IMG/VR virus record: IMGVR_UViG_3300032285_004186
DNA length: 64,000 nt
Direction: 5' to 3' (one strand)
Source: a virus
Part shown: positions 37,336 through 47,539 of the stretch, in pieces
Position numbering within the stretch: the first letter of the stretch is position 1
How the letters are laid out: every line of letters starts with the position of its first letter
Notes under the pieces: generated by a model
What the model saw: only the letters and a program-made list of their open reading frames with translations
What the model was told of the DNA's origin: nothing
Database searches by the model: none
Translations under genes and position numbers: made by a program

Positions 37336-37936
37336 AAATCACAGCAACTCTTCTGCCATATTGAGTATATTCAATGTTGTAATTTTTATTGATATCTAAA
37401 AGAGCTGTCTCCATTTCAATTTGAGTAGGCCATCCGGGTGTTCCAGCATCAAACGTATCATCTATTATAATAACATGATCTTTTCTGTTGGAAAAATTTT
37501 TAATAGATTTAAGCTCCTCTATCACCGGTGACTCACTAGTGTGTGCGTCTAATAAAATAAAAAATTGTTCATTAGGATTTTGAGATAGAATATTTTTTAA
37601 AAAAATTGGAGAATCTCCTTCATAAAAGTTAATATTTGGATGATTTTGTTTTAAAATTTTATAATTCTCTAACAAATTTATGTCTCTATTGTATATGTTA
37701 CCTTTAACATATTTTTCAACTGTAAAAACTTCTTTAAATTGTATTGCTAAAAATTCTGATGTCCAACCTTCATATGTACCAGTTTCTATAGCTTTATTAA
37801 TATTTAATAAACTTGGAATTTTGTCTTTAAATAAAAAAAGAATTTGCACAAAAGGGTTGGCCACATCCACACACCATGGATGAGGAATTGTTCGATGCCA
37901 TCGCGGATCTTCGGGATCTGATTTGATATATTTCAT
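37325..37936 (-). CDS. Putative SAM methyltransferase
   Basis: IETGTYEG, TVE, GDS, LLDAH and IIIDD. Confidence 0.75.
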   Translation of the reverse strand: MKYIKSDPEDPRWHRTIPHPWCVDVANPFVQILFLFKDKIPSLLNINKAIETGTYEGWTSEFLAIQFKEVFTVEKYVKGNIYNRDINLLENYKILKQNHPNINFYEGDSPIFLKNILSQNPNEQFFILLDAHTSESPVIEELKSIKNFSNRKDHVIIIDDTFDAGTPGWPTQIEMETALLDINKNYNIEYTQYGRRVAVIYEN

Positions 37937-37940
37937 AAAG

Positions 37941-38654
37941 TTAATTCATTTTTGTAAAAGATTTGTTAAAAATATAATCTATTTCTGTCCAATCTCCAGG
38001 ACGACGAGACGTAATTTCTATAATTTTTGTCTTTAAATTTAATTTTTCTATAAAAAAATTAATACAGGTATCCATAGAATAAATGCCTGTAGCATTTTCC
38101 AAAACTTTACACCAATCAAAAATAGAATATCCTTTTATAAATTGCATTTCTACACATTTCACATCTTTTGGATATTGTATATCCCATTCTAGGATATTTG
38201 GCGGTGATGCAAATTTTTTATTTACAAAAATATATTCTTCATCCTCTTTTAAATTTAAAATGTTATAAAACAAAAAATCTTCTTTGCTTTTATTGCGCTC
38301 AAATGTAAAAAAATTTAACCAGTCTTTAAATGTTAAATTAATTAAATTGTATTTTGATTCTAATATTTTTTTATGTAAAAGATGACTGGCGTTTTCTAAT
38401 GGCAAGAACAATATTTCATCATTATCTATAATTCCGGTATTTTGGTAATAATTTTTACCAGGAAAATCTAATTCTTTATTAACAAACCAAATACCATTTT
38501 TTATATAATTGCTAATATCTGAGTATTCCTCTATAACCGGCCAAATAACCGGAGTATTATATTTTTCTATTATTTTCACGCCAATTTTTTGACAAAAAAT
38601 AATATCACCCAATCCAGCTGGTTGTTTAATTAAACAAAATTTCATTTTAATCAA
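37941..38654 (-). CDS. Putative glycosyltransferase (GT-B, GT9/fucosyltransferase-like)
   Basis: N-terminal 'QPAGLGDI' and 'IFDWCKVLENA..IYSMDT'. Confidence 0.55.
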   Translation of the reverse strand: MIKMKFCLIKQPAGLGDIIFCQKIGVKIIEKYNTPVIWPVIEEYSDISNYIKNGIWFVNKELDFPGKNYYQNTGIIDNDEILFLPLENASHLLHKKILESKYNLINLTFKDWLNFFTFERNKSKEDFLFYNILNLKEDEEYIFVNKKFASPPNILEWDIQYPKDVKCVEMQFIKGYSIFDWCKVLENATGIYSMDTCINFFIEKLNLKTKIIEITSRRPGDWTEIDYIFNKSFTKMN

Positions 38655-39880
38655 ACATTTTTTACAGTTCTGAATTCATAGGTATATATAGGAGCCTCTA
38701 TATAAACTTCTGTTGTCAATAGTGGTAACAATCTCTCTGAATAATCTCTATCTTCTCCTACACTAATATCCGGATATCCTATCTTTAAAGCCAATTCTCT
38801 CTTAACTGGATTCAGGTGATTGGGGTTTCTGTAATAAAATCTCCAAGAAGGATCTTCACTCGGTTCATCATACCAATTTTTATATTTTAAAGAATGATAA
38901 GTTTTACCGGAAAGTCCACCATCTGTTTTCATTATAAGATGCATACCAACAACATCTGGATTAGACTCTATGGCTCCTAATATAGCAGATATGTAATTTT
39001 CAGAAACTTGATCATCATCATCTACAAAACATACATAATCTCCTACAGCATTTTCTAAAAGTTTTTGCCGCTTTTTACCTATGCTTAGTTCACCCTTATC
39101 TATATCACACAACACTTCCACTTCTTTTCTGGCTTGTGGGCGTAGGATACTAATAAGTCTGTCTAAAAAAGTTCGGCGTCTTTCCAAGGAACATATTAAT
39201 ATGGAAAGTTTTTTGATGCCAAAATTCTTCTTTTCTCTGGTTACAAAAATTTGTTTATCGTAAGTTGTATTTTGAAAATTTAAAACATGTATAATGTCAT
39301 TTTTTCCATAACCCCAATGAGGATGCTGATGTTCTATAATAACTGTATCAATGTATGTTTGTTTTTTTAAAATATTACCAACTGTTGTAAATTCATTATC
39401 AGCCCATTCAGATTTATATTCAGGATAATAGATGTAATTAAATCTTTGATAGTATTTTTTGCCTAAAATACTTAAAGTGTTTAATTCATTCTTTTTATGT
39501 CCATCATTATAAAATAAAATTCCATCTGTGTCAGGATAGTATTTTTGCATATCCTCTCGAATAATTTCATCATAACCTTGAATTTGTGGAATCATGTCAT
39601 CACTAGCTAATAAAATGATGTCATAGTGATAATCTATTTTATCCAGGTCTCTATTGACTGCATCTATTTTAGATTTAGAATCACCGAAAATGAATGTCAA
39701 ATTGTTATAAGTTTTAAGTTTGTCTACAACTGATTGATTATTCATGGTCTGGTCTACAGTGTCTAGCGTAACCAAACAATGCATCTTTTCCGTGTTAGAT
39801 GCCATACTATAATATAAATCTAATGTATTGAAAAATTTTTCAGGGCGATTAAAAGTGGGAAATTTTAATAAAATGTTCAT
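38651..39880 (-). CDS. Two-domain GT2-like glycosyltransferase
   Basis: Domain 1 'PTFNRP...LASDDM'; domain 2 'LSILICS...YVCFVDDDD...GED'. Confidence 0.85.
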   Translation of the reverse strand: MNILLKFPTFNRPEKFFNTLDLYYSMASNTEKMHCLVTLDTVDQTMNNQSVVDKLKTYNNLTFIFGDSKSKIDAVNRDLDKIDYHYDIILLASDDMIPQIQGYDEIIREDMQKYYPDTDGILFYNDGHKKNELNTLSILGKKYYQRFNYIYYPEYKSEWADNEFTTVGNILKKQTYIDTVIIEHQHPHWGYGKNDIIHVLNFQNTTYDKQIFVTREKKNFGIKKLSILICSLERRRTFLDRLISILRPQARKEVEVLCDIDKGELSIGKKRQKLLENAVGDYVCFVDDDDQVSENYISAILGAIESNPDVVGMHLIMKTDGGLSGKTYHSLKYKNWYDEPSEDPSWRFYYRNPNHLNPVKRELALKIGYPDISVGEDRDYSERLLPLLTTEVYIEAPIYTYEFRTVKNV

Positions 39881-41356
39881 TTAAAATATAATTTTTAGAT
39901 GTCTATAATCTTGATTATTAGATACCTCTATAATTTCTAAATTAGGAAGGGAATTCACTCCATCTTTTTTATGATAATCTCTGGATAGTTGGTTATTTAA
40001 GAATGCTCTAAACCGTGCTCCATTTTTTTCATGCAATTCATTCTCAGATTGACTAGAAAGACGGTGAGGATGAGGCTCACTAAAAAATTTTCCAAATGGA
40101 TGCTTATAAGGTGTTAGATTTTCTCTAACACATCTTTCATACAAGTCATCATCTTCCTTACCCCAACCAAAATATTCATTACTATATCCATTAACTTGTA
40201 AAAAATGTTCACGAGTAAAAAGAATTACACCGCCCATGATTTTATCCGGAATATTGATGTAATTAAATTGACTGCAGTGACTACTAATATGAGAAGGCCT
40301 TTCCGGAAAACTGTAATCAGAAACTTCTGGTATTAAATCAACATCATGAAAGCACATATAGTCTCCGGAAGATTTTAAAAAACCTATATTATTAAGAAGA
40401 CCTTTATTGAATGGTTTGTCGTTATTTTGTTCTATTAATAAAATTTCATATTGTTCTACCTGTTTAGAAACATATACATGAAGGGCTGGTATGATTTTCT
40501 TTAAAGCTGACTCTCTATTTCTATATGGAATAATGATAGATAATTTTTTATTATGATTAATTATTTTTTTCTTGCTATAAAGGCTTTGAAGATCTATTAA
40601 TTTTAACAACAGACTTCTAAGATCTACGTTTTCTATAGTATTAGTAAATTTGCCCCATTTTTTAGTAAAAAATTCTGCTGATTTATTCCAATTTTCTAGA
40701 TATTTTTCTTTATTGGTTATAGTTGAATTTTCACTGCTTCCGTTTATATCTGAAAGATATTTTTCACTATCCAATAAATCTGGAAAATACCAAAAAGGAG
40801 GTGCTACATTTTTTTGAATTAAATTATAAGCAAAATCTATGTGTTCAAAAGCATTGATGTAATTTTCATCAAATTCACCCAATTTAGAAATTAAATTGGC
40901 GTGTATATACATAAATGCACCTTGTGGATTGTGGTAAAATCCAATTTTAGTCCCGTCTGGTTGTTCCAAAACAAATTTTAAAGTGTTTTGATTATTAGCT
41001 ATTTTTTCAAAACACAAATGATGTATTCCCGTAGAACTAGCTGCTTTAATATATGCTTCAAAAACATTTGGATCTTTAATAAGAATGTCATCTTCTATAA
41101 GAAATAAATGTTTGCAACCTTTATTAATAAGATATTTTAAGAGTAAATTTTTGCTTTTAGCTACACCTTTTTGCGTGTTATTTAAAATGATATGATCTAT
41201 GTCTAACTGTGGCAAAGCATAACTCAGCTCTCCGTCATTAACAACTGCAAGTGTTCCTATTTTATTTCTAGGAACACTTGCCAAGACCTGCTGATAATAT
41301 TCTGGTCTATTATAGGTCAATATACCTACACCTATTTCAGATGGTGAGATTTCCAT
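39881..41356 (-). CDS. GT2 + GT7 (beta-1,4-galactosyltransferase-like) fusion
   Basis: Domain 1 'TYNRP...FLIEDD'; domain 2 'IIIPYRNR...PFNKG..NIG...FHDVD...NGYSNEYFGWGKEDDD'. Confidence 0.88.
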   Translation of the reverse strand: MEISPSEIGVGILTYNRPEYYQQVLASVPRNKIGTLAVVNDGELSYALPQLDIDHIILNNTQKGVAKSKNLLLKYLINKGCKHLFLIEDDILIKDPNVFEAYIKAASSTGIHHLCFEKIANNQNTLKFVLEQPDGTKIGFYHNPQGAFMYIHANLISKLGEFDENYINAFEHIDFAYNLIQKNVAPPFWYFPDLLDSEKYLSDINGSSENSTITNKEKYLENWNKSAEFFTKKWGKFTNTIENVDLRSLLLKLIDLQSLYSKKKIINHNKKLSIIIPYRNRESALKKIIPALHVYVSKQVEQYEILLIEQNNDKPFNKGLLNNIGFLKSSGDYMCFHDVDLIPEVSDYSFPERPSHISSHCSQFNYINIPDKIMGGVILFTREHFLQVNGYSNEYFGWGKEDDDLYERCVRENLTPYKHPFGKFFSEPHPHRLSSQSENELHEKNGARFRAFLNNQLSRDYHKKDGVNSLPNLEIIEVSNNQDYRHLKIIF

Positions 41357-42162
41357 ATTTGTTTTAAAGAGTCTAACATATCTTTTTCAGAAGTAAAGGT
41401 TTCAGGAGGTCCATAGTTTGTGACTATAGAAAATTTGTTCTTTTTTATAAAAATATCTAAATTTTTTTTAAAATTTTCCATAAAATCTTGCTCAGATCTT
41501 ATTTTACTTTGTTTGTGATCAGAAACTATGTCTTTAATGTAATTGGATGATCCTTTGACATCTGCAAACCATCTGAAAGGAGGGTGATACCCTTTCTTAC
41601 TAATTTGCAGAGTATGATCTACGTGTTCCAGAGCATTGAAAAAAGATTCATCCATAAATCCTACATTTTCCAGTACCTCTTTATGAAAATAACTTAATGC
41701 TCCAAGAATATTGGGATAGAGATCTATAACAGTGCCGTCGGGATAATTAACACTTTTACGGATAATAACATTTCCATTGTGATCAAGATTATGGTTTCCG
41801 TGTAATCCGAAATTAAAATGTTTAATGCCTGTAGATTTGCTAGCGTTAATATAAAAATTAAAAACATCTTCATTTACAATTTCTACATCATCTTCTAATA
41901 GAAAAATATGTTCATAACCCTTGTCTAGAAAAAACTTCAAAGCTAAATTTTTGGCCTTACCTACCCCAATTTTACCAGGAGTTTTAATATATTTGTTAAA
42001 AAAAGATGATATTGGAGTATTTTCCACTCCATCATCTATTATAACTGTGCAAATATTAAAATGTTTGTTAATGACTTTCTTTAAAGAAGCTTCACAAATT
42101 TTAAAAAAATTGGGTCTATCGCAGGTAATAATAGCAACACCTATATTATAATTCTCTAGCAT
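41332..42162 (-). CDS. GT2 glycosyltransferase (likely start MLENY)
   Basis: TCDRP, IDDG, GVGKAKN, FLLEDD and EHVD; paralog of the 39881 N-terminal domain. Confidence 0.85.
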   Translation of the reverse strand: MLENYNIGVAIITCDRPNFFKICEASLKKVINKHFNICTVIIDDGVENTPISSFFNKYIKTPGKIGVGKAKNLALKFFLDKGYEHIFLLEDDVEIVNEDVFNFYINASKSTGIKHFNFGLHGNHNLDHNGNVIIRKSVNYPDGTVIDLYPNILGALSYFHKEVLENVGFMDESFFNALEHVDHTLQISKKGYHPPFRWFADVKGSSNYIKDIVSDHKQSKIRSEQDFMENFKKNLDIFIKKNKFSIVTNYGPPETFTSEKDMLDSLKQIWKSHHLK

Positions 42163-42886
42163 ATTTTTTTTGTATTTCTTCCATAGCCAAGAACATTTGA
42201 TTGGCTGAAACACCTACTGGATCATTTTGACCCGGTATATATTGGTGTTTGTTATAAAACAAACCAAAGCTCAACTCAGCACTGCGTTGTTCTGTGGTGT
42301 TGACTTTATTCAATTTAACAACAGCTTTATAAAGCCCTTGATTCATGCAGGGATTGAAATGGTTAGGAGGATATATACCATCTTTGCGCAGTCTTAAGAT
42401 ATAATCTAATGTATCCAATTGATTGTTACTGTAAAAATGTTCATTAAAATAACCATATCTTTTTATCAAGTTGGAATATAAAAAAATAACATCAGCATTT
42501 AGCTCTGGTGTTATTTCCAAAGAAAGTTGTTTCTCTTCATCATCTACAACTAGAGTATCAGAACCGGGACCAGTCATCATCCAAACTCCAAAATTAGACG
42601 CTTTTTTTAAAGTGTTATCAAAAAAATCTACATCTGTAATAGCATAATTTGAATTTATTAAAAATAAAAATTTTTTTTCTAATAATCTAAAATAAGCAAT
42701 TAATCGATTTTTTAAAGCCGCAAAAGAAACTTCTCTGTCAAATCTTTCACCCTTAATCGGTAATTTGTTATTAGTATTAGATACTATATAAACATTTTCT
42801 TTTAATTGTTCTGGTATAGAATTAAAACAATTATTTAATTCAATTTGTCCGTAAACATCTATAATTCCTATTCCAATTTTATTCAT
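42146..42886 (-). CDS. Degenerate GT2-like protein
   Basis: Shares 'IGIGII', 'ALKN', 'GYFNEHF' and 'GIYPP' with its neighbours but has INSN in place of the acidic EDD motif. Confidence 0.55.
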   Translation of the reverse strand: MNKIGIGIIDVYGQIELNNCFNSIPEQLKENVYIVSNTNNKLPIKGERFDREVSFAALKNRLIAYFRLLEKKFLFLINSNYAITDVDFFDNTLKKASNFGVWMMTGPGSDTLVVDDEEKQLSLEITPELNADVIFLYSNLIKRYGYFNEHFYSNNQLDTLDYILRLRKDGIYPPNHFNPCMNQGLYKAVVKLNKVNTTEQRSAELSFGLFYNKHQYIPGQNDPVGVSANQMFLAMEEIQKKYAREL

Positions 42887-42887
42887 A

Positions 42888-43946
42888 TTAATTTTGTAAT
42901 TTTAAATATAGATCATTTAAATAATCAAATATTTCTTTTTTATGTTCTATATCCATTGCCTCTATAAAATCTAGAATGTTTTTAGATATGTCTATAGAGT
43001 CATATGTATTTTCTGATATGTTTATAGAAAGATCTTTATCTGGTACTTTATAGTCCAATCTAAAAAATTTAGGATTAAGATTTTGTAATTTAGAAGATAT
43101 TAAACTAATTTCTTCTGGTGGTAAATTAACATCTATTAAAAGACATACTAAATTATTAGGAACATTATTTCTTATAAAAGAAGAAGGTAATTCTTTAGAT
43201 AAAATTTTAGATAAAGAAATTTTAACATGTTTAGGTGAAACATTATTTAAAATAAAATCAAAATTATCTTTTTCTAAATCAAAAATATAAATACCTCTTT
43301 CCTCATCCATATCTCCAAAATTTTGTTGATATGGACTGCCTAGATATAATATTTCACCATTTTCATAATGTCGATGTGTTCTTTTGTGAAAATGGCCAGT
43401 TATAATATATTTGGCTTTGTTTAAAAGTTCAGCAGAAGTCATACCATGGTCACAGGTGGCATGATTATTCATTTTAAAGCTTTTAATTTCAAAATGTCCC
43501 ACACAGTAATCCATATTATCTGGTATATCTTTAATATCTATTCCCCACGGAATCATACACAATTTTTTAGTAGAATTAACTATTTCAAATATACGAGGTT
43601 CTTTATCTATGATTGTAATATTATTCCATCCATCAAATAAAGATATAGAATTAATATCACTTCTTTCCTTATAATAACAATCATGATTTCCGGTGGAAAT
43701 GTAAATTTTAAAATTACTGAAAATATCAAAGAATTGTTTAGCTGTGCTTAAAGTATTGACTGAAATTTCATTTCTATTATGAAATATATCACCTGGAATT
43801 AAAATTTCATTTATACCTCTTTGAGTATAAATTTCAGCAGCCCATTTTGCAAAATTTAAAATGTTAGAGTGCCACGTTTCACTGTTTTGTCCCAGACCTA
43901 TATGTATGTCTGAAAAAATTCCTATTCGTGGCCCTTTAATTTTCAT
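42888..43946 (-). CDS. Recombination nuclease (gp47/Mre11/SbcD-like)
   Basis: SDIHIG, GDIFH, GNHD, GHFE, GHFH and YLGSPYQ. Confidence 0.95.
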   Translation of the reverse strand: MKIKGPRIGIFSDIHIGLGQNSETWHSNILNFAKWAAEIYTQRGINEILIPGDIFHNRNEISVNTLSTAKQFFDIFSNFKIYISTGNHDCYYKERSDINSISLFDGWNNITIIDKEPRIFEIVNSTKKLCMIPWGIDIKDIPDNMDYCVGHFEIKSFKMNNHATCDHGMTSAELLNKAKYIITGHFHKRTHRHYENGEILYLGSPYQQNFGDMDEERGIYIFDLEKDNFDFILNNVSPKHVKISLSKILSKELPSSFIRNNVPNNLVCLLIDVNLPPEEISLISSKLQNLNPKFFRLDYKVPDKDLSINISENTYDSIDISKNILDFIEAMDIEHKKEIFDYLNDLYLKLQN

Positions 43947-43949
43947 TTC

Positions 43950-44609
43950 TTAATAATTGTTATTTTGCGAAATTCTTAATTGATTGTTTTTTACAACAGT
44001 TTTATAATTTTCTGAAAAAAGCATCAATTCATTTTGATATTTTTCATGAGTATCTCTTAAGTGTTTCTCTTTTTTAATTCTATTACGGAAAGCATTAAAA
44101 GCAATGCGTGTAAAGTAAGAAAATGGATTAGAACCTTTGGCATGATCATATTTTTTAGAGGTCAATGCTTTAAACATGCGTATAACCCCGTCACCCACCA
44201 TTTCTTCTCTATAGGTATAGTTAATAAAATTTGGAGCATAACTTAATTTATTGGCAATCTTACTAACCATTTGAGCCAAACTATCAGACATATTTCCGGT
44301 TTTATAATACTCAATAATTTCATTATCAAATTCTACCGGATTGACATAAAATTTTTCTTTATCTGTCGGTTTTTTCTTTTTAATTAATGGTTTAATAATT
44401 TTTTCTTCCTTTTCTTCCTCATCTTCCTCTAAATCATCATTAAAATCATCTAACTCATCATTTTCTTCATTTTCTTCATTTTCATCTTCGTAAGATTTTG
44501 GAATTTCATACCCAAGAAACTCTGCTTCTTCCTGTGTATAAATTATTTCTGTAATATCTTCATTTACTAATGAAACTTTTCTACGTGACTTCCTTCTCGG
44601 TGTATTCAT
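43950..44609 (-). CDS. Late-transcription sigma factor (gp55-like)
   Basis: 'YVN', 'PNFINYTYREEMVGDG' and 'NPFSYFTRIAFNAFRNRIKKEK'. Confidence 0.92.
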   Translation of the reverse strand: MNTPRRKSRRKVSLVNEDITEIIYTQEEAEFLGYEIPKSYEDENEENEENDELDDFNDDLEEDEEEKEEKIIKPLIKKKKPTDKEKFYVNPVEFDNEIIEYYKTGNMSDSLAQMVSKIANKLSYAPNFINYTYREEMVGDGVIRMFKALTSKKYDHAKGSNPFSYFTRIAFNAFRNRIKKEKHLRDTHEKYQNELMLFSENYKTVVKNNQLRISQNNNY

Positions 44610-45996
44610 ATTTTTCTAATTTGTATATTTTTTTTCTCTCATCAACATGCTTTTTGCCGTATTTGGTATTATCTGCTATGTCAAAAATAATTGCTTCAGT
44701 TTTTGTGTGATGCAATCTTAATACTCGACCTATAGATTGCATGATTTTAATTTTGGCCTTCCCAGCTGAAGCAAAAATAATATTGTGTAAATTAGGTATA
44801 TTAATACCTGTGCTAAATATTTTAGAAATTGCAACTACTATTACATCTCTCCGAGTGTCCATGAGAGATCTTATTTTTTCTCTATCTTCCATTTCTGTGA
44901 TGCCTTGAATAAAATAAACCGGTCGATCCGTGTCTTTTAAATAATTTAATAAAATATGTCCGTGCTCTATTCTATCAATCATAATAAGGGTATTTTCAGT
45001 TAATTTTTTTGCCAAATTAGTTATAATTTCATTTCGACGAATGTTGTTTTGTAAAAATTCTATTTCCTGTCGATATGCCAAAGACGGTTGAGAAAAATCT
45101 AAATCAAATGTAGGCAAAGTAAGGTGTTTTATTTTTAAAATAAAAATTTTAAATTTAGAGACATACGATTGTTCTTTTAATGTATGTGTTTTTTGTTCAT
45201 AGGTAATTGGACCAATTTTACCTATTATATTCCACTGATCAATTTTTGAAGGTGGCATGGTACCAGTGAACCCAAATTTAAAAGATGTGTTAATAAATTT
45301 TAATATTTCATTTATTTTATTACCTCTTTTTAAAGAATGAACTTCATCTACTAATAGAAGACCAAAATTGTCTAAAACTGAAAGATCTGTTTTTTCTGAC
45401 ATTAAAATTTGAGTACCAACCACCACAATATCAGATTCTGGATTATATTCATTATTCCCAGACCATTTTGAAACATTAGTTAAACCATATTCTAAAAAAT
45501 CATTAGCTGTTTGTTCCACTAATTGGATAGAAGGTACCAACACTAAAGTTTTAATTTTAGACATTTTGTCAAAAAAACTCTTTATTAAACCAGCCATAAT
45601 TAAAGTCTTACCACCTGCAGTTGGAATAACTGTTACACCTCTACCTTGTTTTAAGGCTGCGTGTATGCTCCGTTCTTGATAATCTCTGTAAGTTTTGTTT
45701 TTAAATGTAGATACACTTGGATTGGCAAATCCTGGATTGAATAATTCTTTTATTTGTAGAGAAATATTATAAGAATAATGATTTAATTCTAAATAATTTA
45801 AAATCTCACCTAAGAGACCTGTATCAAATTTACCCTGTTGAGTGATAGAGTATAATCTAGACGGAGTAAAATGTGAAGAACCCCTTCGATAGGAAGGATT
45901 GGATATAGAAAAATTCTCTCTAATCAAAGAGAGAATTTCTTTTTCACTTTCTATCAAAATTTGACGGTTTTTATTAACCAAAGAAAACTGTATCAT
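44581..45996 (-). CDS. uvsW: SF2 DNA helicase
   Basis: RDYQ, PTAGGKT, DEVH, GFTGT, FSTGINIPNLH and QSIGR. Confidence 0.93.
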   Translation of the reverse strand: MIQFSLVNKNRQILIESEKEILSLIRENFSISNPSYRRGSSHFTPSRLYSITQQGKFDTGLLGEILNYLELNHYSYNISLQIKELFNPGFANPSVSTFKNKTYRDYQERSIHAALKQGRGVTVIPTAGGKTLIMAGLIKSFFDKMSKIKTLVLVPSIQLVEQTANDFLEYGLTNVSKWSGNNEYNPESDIVVVGTQILMSEKTDLSVLDNFGLLLVDEVHSLKRGNKINEILKFINTSFKFGFTGTMPPSKIDQWNIIGKIGPITYEQKTHTLKEQSYVSKFKIFILKIKHLTLPTFDLDFSQPSLAYRQEIEFLQNNIRRNEIITNLAKKLTENTLIMIDRIEHGHILLNYLKDTDRPVYFIQGITEMEDREKIRSLMDTRRDVIVVAISKIFSTGINIPNLHNIIFASAGKAKIKIMQSIGRVLRLHHTKTEAIIFDIADNTKYGKKHVDERKKIYKLEKYEYTEKEVT

Positions 45997-46394
45997 TAAG
46001 TCGTCTCCAATTTGTTTATTTCTATGATGTTTTTAATATCATAAGTCATAGATCTAAACACGGTTTCTACTTTTTCTAGATATTCTATTAGAAGTTTAGT
46101 TTCTTCTATATCTTCATTAAGTTTCATTAAGGCATCTGAATTGTCTATTTTCTTTTCTAAAGATGCCTTAGGGATACCAGGAGGTAATCCTTGTTCTTCT
46201 AAAGAAGAAAGAACTGCTATTTTAGCCATTTTTTTCTTTCTTTCTAAATTATTAAGATATCTCTTCTGTTCTATCAATCGAAATACCCATTTATGTTTAA
46301 TAGAAGGCAAAGTCAATTGTTTTTGAGAAAGATTTAACTCATCTATTTGAGTGTCTTCTTTGAGTTCTTGACTAAGTTTATCAAAATCTAACAT
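45996..46394 (-). CDS. uvsY: Recombination mediator (likely start MLDFD)
   Basis: 'KEDTQIDELNL...PSIKHKW' and 'YDIKNIIE'; adjacent to uvsW. Confidence 0.8.
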   Translation of the reverse strand: MLDFDKLSQELKEDTQIDELNLSQKQLTLPSIKHKWVFRLIEQKRYLNNLERKKKMAKIAVLSSLEEQGLPPGIPKASLEKKIDNSDALMKLNEDIEETKLLIEYLEKVETVFRSMTYDIKNIIEINKLETT

Positions 46395-46424
46395 AAATAT
46401 TATTGATTTTATTAATATTCTAGT

Positions 46425-46643
46425 ATGTCCACAAAATTTCAACAATTATTTTTACAACTTATGGAGGACAACTCTGCAGCACTGGGGGGTGTTTTTGGAC
46501 CCAATGATGCTTATGCCTCACCTGAAAATTTAGACACCAAGTTTTCTATGGCCATAACCGGAAAATCTAGTGTTAAAGGTCCGAAAAATAAAAAAAAGAA
46601 AAAATTTCCGTTGATAAGAAGAAATTTGAATAGATCTTTATAA
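46425..46643 (+). CDS. Hypothetical small protein
   Basis: 72 aa with basic C-terminus; TAATG-coupled to the next gene. Confidence 0.55.
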   Translation: MSTKFQQLFLQLMEDNSAALGGVFGPNDAYASPENLDTKFSMAITGKSSVKGPKNKKKKKFPLIRRNLNRSL

Positions 46644-47071
46644 TGGCCACGGAAGAAAAATATGGTCATTGGATTTTAAATGACGAAATACAAATAAATG
46701 AAACTACTTTTGGGTTTATTTATGAAATTACTAATATTATAGAAAATAAAATATATATTGGTAAAAAACAGTGTAATTCTAGAGTAAAAAGAAAACCCTT
46801 AAAAGGTAAAAAACGTAATAGAATAAGTTTTAAACAATCTGATTGGAAGACTTATACTAGCTCTTCAGAAAATGTTAATAATGATATAATTCGTCTGGGC
46901 AAAGAAAATTTTACATTTAAAATTATTAAAATTTGTTCTTGTAAATGGGAATTAGCTTACTATGAGGCTAAAATTCAATTTGAACGCAATGTTTTATTTG
47001 ACAAAAATTATTACAACGGTATTATTAATCTTAGAATAGGATCTCCTCCTAAAAATCTTACTTTAACATGA
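46643..47071 (+). CDS. Stand-alone GIY-YIG nuclease-like protein
   Basis: 'GFIYEITN...KIYIGKK', 'WKTYTSS' and 'YYN'. Confidence 0.8.
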   Translation: MATEEKYGHWILNDEIQINETTFGFIYEITNIIENKIYIGKKQCNSRVKRKPLKGKKRNRISFKQSDWKTYTSSSENVNNDIIRLGKENFTFKIIKICSCKWELAYYEAKIQFERNVLFDKNYYNGIINLRIGSPPKNLTLT

Positions 47072-47538
47072 AAATAAAAGATTCTTTGGTTCTTTATCTT
47101 CCACAAAGAATTATAATTTTTCCGTTACATTTGTATTTAAATGTTTTAATGTCTAGAGTATTAAACAGATTACATGAATGGGATCTTATTAAAGATAAAA
47201 AAATTTCAGGCAAAGAAAAATATTTTAATTTCTTTTTAGAAAAAGAAATATTAGACATTTTATTAGAAATAAAACTAGTATATAAAAATTTAAATCTTAA
47301 AGTTTTTATTTTTTTAAAAGATAGTAATTTTTCAGAAACAAATTTATTATATATAGATTCAAAGAATCAAATTTTAAAAAAAATAATTTTAAAATTTAAA
47401 AAAATTTGTGGAAAATATTTTATATACAATCCAAATATTAATTTTAATTTTATACAAACAGAAAAAACTTTTAAAAATCTTAAATGTGGTGAACCCACAG
47501 GTGAAGAATTGGAATTTTTAATTAAATTAAAAGACTAA
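47068..47538 (+). CDS. Hypothetical protein (extremely AT-rich)
   Basis: 156-aa ORF coupled to both neighbours. Confidence 0.5.
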   Translation: MKIKDSLVLYLPQRIIIFPLHLYLNVLMSRVLNRLHEWDLIKDKKISGKEKYFNFFLEKEILDILLEIKLVYKNLNLKVFIFLKDSNFSETNLLYIDSKNQILKKIILKFKKICGKYFIYNPNINFNFIQTEKTFKNLKCGEPTGEELEFLIKLKD

Positions 47539-47539
47539 C

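Noticed and set aside
46643-47071. Mobile homing endonuclease or intron-encoded ORF
   Set aside because: Catalytic domain only, no C-terminal DNA-binding repeats, coupled to its neighbours, and no interrupted host gene.
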